NCBI GenBank assembly: GCA_963780225.1
Contig: CAWAAX010000024.1
Location: 1 to 33,746 of the forward strand
Origin: an uncultured bacterium
Lineage (GTDB): Bacteria > Edwardsbacteria > AC1 > EtOH8
DNA length: 33,746 nucleotides
Direction: 5' to 3'
The translations under genes and the position numbers were made by a program. Positions 30,399-33,746 of this stretch are shown here, piece after piece; the stretch's first letter is position 1, and each line of letters opens with the position of its first letter. The notes under the pieces were generated by a model. It did no database searches. It saw nothing but the letters and a program-made list of their open reading frames with translations, and was not told the DNA's origin.

Positions 30399-30989
30399 AT
30401 GGAACCGATCGCCAAACCTACCCGGGGGCACGGCCTGCTGGAAAGTATTCTGGCTCAAAAAAGGGCGGCCATGGCCGGGGGACTTATCAATGATGACCTG
30501 CGTACCGGGAGGATTCTGGATATCGGCTGCGGAAGCGTTCCCCTGTTCCTGCTTTCCACCAGGTTTGCCGAAAAACACGGAATGGATCAAACAACCCGGA
30601 TCCAGGATGTTCCGGGGATAAATTATCAGACGGTCAATGCCGGCCGGGAACAACGGCTGCCCTATGCCGATGGATATTTCAGCGTGGTCACCATGCTGGC
30701 GGTCATCGAACATATGGAGCCCGGGGACGTCAGTTTCATCCTAAAGGATATCCGCCGCATGCTTCAGCCGGGGGGGCAGATCATAATAACCACGCCTGCA
30801 TCCTGGAGCGATAAATTACTGCGGGTGATGGCCGGGATGCATCTGGTGAGCCCCGAGGAGATCAACGAGCACAAGGATTCCTTCAGCCGGCCAAAGATCA
30901 GGGCTTTGCTGGAAGCGGCGGGATTTGACCGGGTCGAAACCGGATATTTTGAAATGGGTTTGAATTTATGGGCCAGGGCTACCAAATGA
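30399..30989 (+). CDS. Class I SAM-dependent methyltransferase
   Basis: ILDIGCG, LPY.D..F.VV, AVIEH, LQPGG..IITTP. Confidence 0.88.
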   Translation: MEPIAKPTRGHGLLESILAQKRAAMAGGLINDDLRTGRILDIGCGSVPLFLLSTRFAEKHGMDQTTRIQDVPGINYQTVNAGREQRLPYADGYFSVVTMLAVIEHMEPGDVSFILKDIRRMLQPGGQIIITTPASWSDKLLRVMAGMHLVSPEEINEHKDSFSRPKIRALLEAAGFDRVETGYFEMGLNLWARATK

Positions 30990-31008
30990 TTGCAGGACAA
31001 CCAAACCG

Positions 31009-32625
31009 ATGAAAAGAAGAGATAAAATACGATCCAAAACCGGACCTGTCCGGTCAAATGCCGGGTCTTGGCCATCCAAATTAAACGGATGGGCGGAGCA
31101 AAGGCAATGGTGGATACTGGCCGTTATTTTAACGGCGTTTTTCATCCTGGCCGGTCTGTCATTTGATCCCAAACCCTTTGTGGGTGGGGATAATGCCAAC
31201 TATGTGCTGCTTTCCCAATCATTGGCAAGCAATAAAGGGCTGACTGAAATATGGGCGCCGGGAGAAAAATCCCACACCTTATATCCTTTTGGTTTTCCCC
31301 TGCTGCTGGTGCCGGTCTCCCTGCTGAAAATGGCCTACCCCTGGTATAAGCTCATTCCTTTTTTGTCGGCCCTGGCCGGGCTGCTTTTGCTATGGCTGAT
31401 TTTGAGGCGTCAGGGGGTGCTGCTGGCCGCGGCGGTGACCGTTTTGTGCGCGGTCAATCCGGTAATTCTGGATTATTCACACTGGGTCCTTTCCGAACTT
31501 TCATTCATGGCATTTTTACTGCTGGCCGTCTGGCTGATGATGCGATGGGAGGAAAATGAAGGTAATGTTACTTTCGTTCTGCTCATCCTGGCAACTGCCT
31601 TCACCAACCATATCCGTAGCGCTGGGATACCATTGCTGGTGGGTTTGGTGGTACACCTGCTCATTAAACGGAAATTCCGGGCCGCAGTGGCATTGTTTTC
31701 CGGCTTTGTGCTGCTGAGCATTCCCTGGGCCCTGCGGAATCGGGCGGCCGGCATCGGCTTGAGTTATTTGGACTGGCTGCTGGTCCGGGACCCGTATCAG
31801 GTGGAATCAGGCAATGTCACGATCCTGGAGCTGCTGCAACGGGTGTGGTATAACGCCCGGTTATATTTCGGCTACATCATTCCCCAGGTCGTTTTTCCCC
31901 ACGGCGAACCTGAAGGATCAAGGGGTCCTGGTATTCTGGGGTTCCTGCTTACCGGCCTCCCCATGCTGGCCGGGATCATCGTCCGGATAGTGAAAAAAAG
32001 CAGTTCCTACGATTGGTGCATATTTTTCTATTTCGGCCTGATGCTGATATGGCCATCATCCTGGACCGATGTCCGGTTTGCGTTGCCGGTGCTGCCGTTT
32101 TTCATCATGTACCTGTTCCAGGGATACCGGGCGCTGGCCGGGGCGATCAGCAAAAACCTTCGCCCCTATCTGGCGGTCTTCCTGTTTCTCGTCCTTTTTG
32201 CCGCCAGCCTGGTCCAGGCGGCTTCTTCCTGGGGCCGCAATCTTGAGATGCAGTCCGCCTACCGCAAGGGCGATCATCTGGCGGGTTACGATCCGGCCTG
32301 GCGCAGTTTCTTCACCGCCGCGGAATGGATCAAAGCCAGCACCCCGGAAAACAGCATCGTGGTTTCCCGCAAACCTTCATTGTTCTACCTTTCCGCCAAA
32401 AGAAAGACATTCTGCTATCCCTTTACCACCAACCGGGATTCGGTGTTAAAGGAAATTGACCGGGCCGATTACGTGATGGTGGAGCCGGTCAGCGGCACCG
32501 GGCAGAAATACCTGATCCCGGCCATCCAGCCGCTGCTGGACAAGAAATATAAAATAATTTACGACCAGGGCGACCCGCCCACATACGTACTGCAGATATT
32601 AAAGGAGAATCCCAATGCCAGATAA
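31009..32625 (+). CDS. Multi-pass GT-C fold glycosyltransferase (ArnT/PMT_2-like)
   Basis: TM1 followed by GGDNANY, YPFGFPLLL, LSE, many TM helices, RFALPVLPF and a soluble C-terminal domain (W.K..TP....V.SRKP). Confidence 0.75.
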   Translation: MKRRDKIRSKTGPVRSNAGSWPSKLNGWAEQRQWWILAVILTAFFILAGLSFDPKPFVGGDNANYVLLSQSLASNKGLTEIWAPGEKSHTLYPFGFPLLLVPVSLLKMAYPWYKLIPFLSALAGLLLLWLILRRQGVLLAAAVTVLCAVNPVILDYSHWVLSELSFMAFLLLAVWLMMRWEENEGNVTFVLLILATAFTNHIRSAGIPLLVGLVVHLLIKRKFRAAVALFSGFVLLSIPWALRNRAAGIGLSYLDWLLVRDPYQVESGNVTILELLQRVWYNARLYFGYIIPQVVFPHGEPEGSRGPGILGFLLTGLPMLAGIIVRIVKKSSSYDWCIFFYFGLMLIWPSSWTDVRFALPVLPFFIMYLFQGYRALAGAISKNLRPYLAVFLFLVLFAASLVQAASSWGRNLEMQSAYRKGDHLAGYDPAWRSFFTAAEWIKASTPENSIVVSRKPSLFYLSAKRKTFCYPFTTNRDSVLKEIDRADYVMVEPVSGTGQKYLIPAIQPLLDKKYKIIYDQGDPPTYVLQILKENPNAR

Positions 32626-33544
32626 TATCAACCTTTCAGTGGTGATACCGGTTTACAACGAGGAAGAGAACATCGCCGAGCTTTCGGCGCGGTTAACCAA
32701 GGTCTGCCAGGAACTGAAACTCAGCTATGAACTTCTGTTTGTCGATGACGGCAGCCGGGACGGAACAATAAAGGCGGTGGAAAAGGCCAAGCAAAACGAC
32801 AAGAATATTTTTGCCGTAAGCCTGGCCAAGAACTCAGGCAAGGCCCAGGCCTACACCGCCGGGTTCGCCGAAGCCAGGGGCGAAATAGTGATCACCATGG
32901 ACGGGGACCTGCAGGACGCCCCGGAGGAGATCCCGAACTTTCTCAAGAAGATCGATGAGGGCTACGACCTTGTTACCGGGTGGAAGTACACCGGCAAGGG
33001 CAAAAGGTCGCTTTCCTCTAAACTTTTCAACTGGGTGGCTCGCAAGCTGACCAAATTCCAGGTCCACGATTCCAACTGCCCCTTCAAAGCCTACCGCAAC
33101 GAGGTGGTCAAGAATCTGAAGGTTTACGGCGACCTATATCGTTTCATCCCGGCCATGGCCTACTGGAAGGGATACCGGGTGGCCGAGATCAAGGTAGAGA
33201 ATTATCCCCGGATTCACGGGGTTACCAAATACGGGGCCTCCCGGGCCCTGCGTGGTTTTTTTGATCTGATGACAGTGACCTTCCTGACCCAGTACATCCG
33301 GCGGCCCCTGCATTTCTTTGGGCTGGCCGGGCTGGTCTGCGGCGGCCTAGGCTTTATGATAGATCTGATACTGACCGTGATTGGACTGGTCAACGGGAGG
33401 ATAGGCCATCAGGCCCTGCTGCTTTTGGGATTGGTGCTGATCATAATAGGAGTCCAGTTCGTTTTCACCGGACTGCTAGCGGAAATGCTTTTCCGGCTGT
33501 ATCAGGATCAAGGTAAGGATGTGCCGGTATACCGGAAGATATAA
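32615..33544 (+). CDS. GT2 undecaprenyl-phosphate glycosyltransferase (ArnC/GtrB-like)
   Basis: IPVYNEEE, VDDGSRDGT, TMDGDLQDAPEEI, RFIP, R.HG.TKYG, two C-terminal TM helices. Confidence 0.9.
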   Translation: MPDNINLSVVIPVYNEEENIAELSARLTKVCQELKLSYELLFVDDGSRDGTIKAVEKAKQNDKNIFAVSLAKNSGKAQAYTAGFAEARGEIVITMDGDLQDAPEEIPNFLKKIDEGYDLVTGWKYTGKGKRSLSSKLFNWVARKLTKFQVHDSNCPFKAYRNEVVKNLKVYGDLYRFIPAMAYWKGYRVAEIKVENYPRIHGVTKYGASRALRGFFDLMTVTFLTQYIRRPLHFFGLAGLVCGGLGFMIDLILTVIGLVNGRIGHQALLLLGLVLIIIGVQFVFTGLLAEMLFRLYQDQGKDVPVYRKI

Positions 33545-33565
33545 AAATATTAGTTTGATAGATCG

Positions 33566-33746
33566 TTGAAAAAAAAGAACATCATAATTTTGGGTTCTAC
33601 CGGTTCTATCGGCACCCAGACCATTGAGGTCATTGTCAAACACCCACAGCTTTTCAAAGTGGTAGGGCTGGCGGCCAATTCGCGTTTCGATCTTCTGGCC
33701 CGGCAGATAAAACAATTCAAACCCCGGATGGTCTGCATCGGCGACC
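33566..33746 (+). CDS. dxr: 1-deoxy-D-xylulose 5-phosphate reductoisomerase (3' truncated by window)
   Basis: Translated by hand from TTG 33566: MKKKNIIILGSTGSIGTQTIEVIVKHPQLFKVVGLAANSRFDLLARQIKQFKP. Not in the ORF track. Confidence 0.95.
   Translation, partial: MKKKNIIILGSTGSIGTQTIEVIVKHPQLFKVVGLAANSRFDLLARQIKQFKPRMVCIGD

Noticed and set aside
27499..33544. arn (L-Ara4N lipid A modification) operon
   Set aside because: No ArnB aminotransferase, ArnA formyltransferase domain or ArnD; the decarboxylase is stand-alone Uxs type.

Overview
Gene-dense bacterial window with all supported genes on the + strand. In order: the 3' part of an AT-rich restriction-modification enzyme, ridA, a four-helix-bundle gene flanked by inverted 7-bp repeat arrays, a DAG-kinase-family gene and a SagB-type nitroreductase. 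A frameshift-riddled stretch follows (PP-loop tRNA thiolase-like gene, small membrane protein with an in-frame palindromic insert, MscS-cNMP channel); the indels are probably sequencing errors. Next come a structured intergenic element, tgt, and a polyphosphate-type cluster (ppx, two tandem thymidylate-kinase-fold genes, one with a degenerate P-loop, and sixA). A 12 kb secreted-peptidase operon encodes a gingipain-like C25 protease with a dockerin, a cohesin-bearing lipoprotein, two M14 carboxypeptidases and an M28 aminopeptidase. The window ends with an HI0933 flavoprotein, a membrane GAF-GGDEF cyclase, a ugd-uxs-GT2-MTase-GT-C-GT2 glycosylation cluster and the start of dxr. The best candidates for an unusual system are the cohesin-dockerin anchored protease operon and the putative heteromeric polyphosphate kinase. 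All calls come from motif reading by eye; no searches were run.
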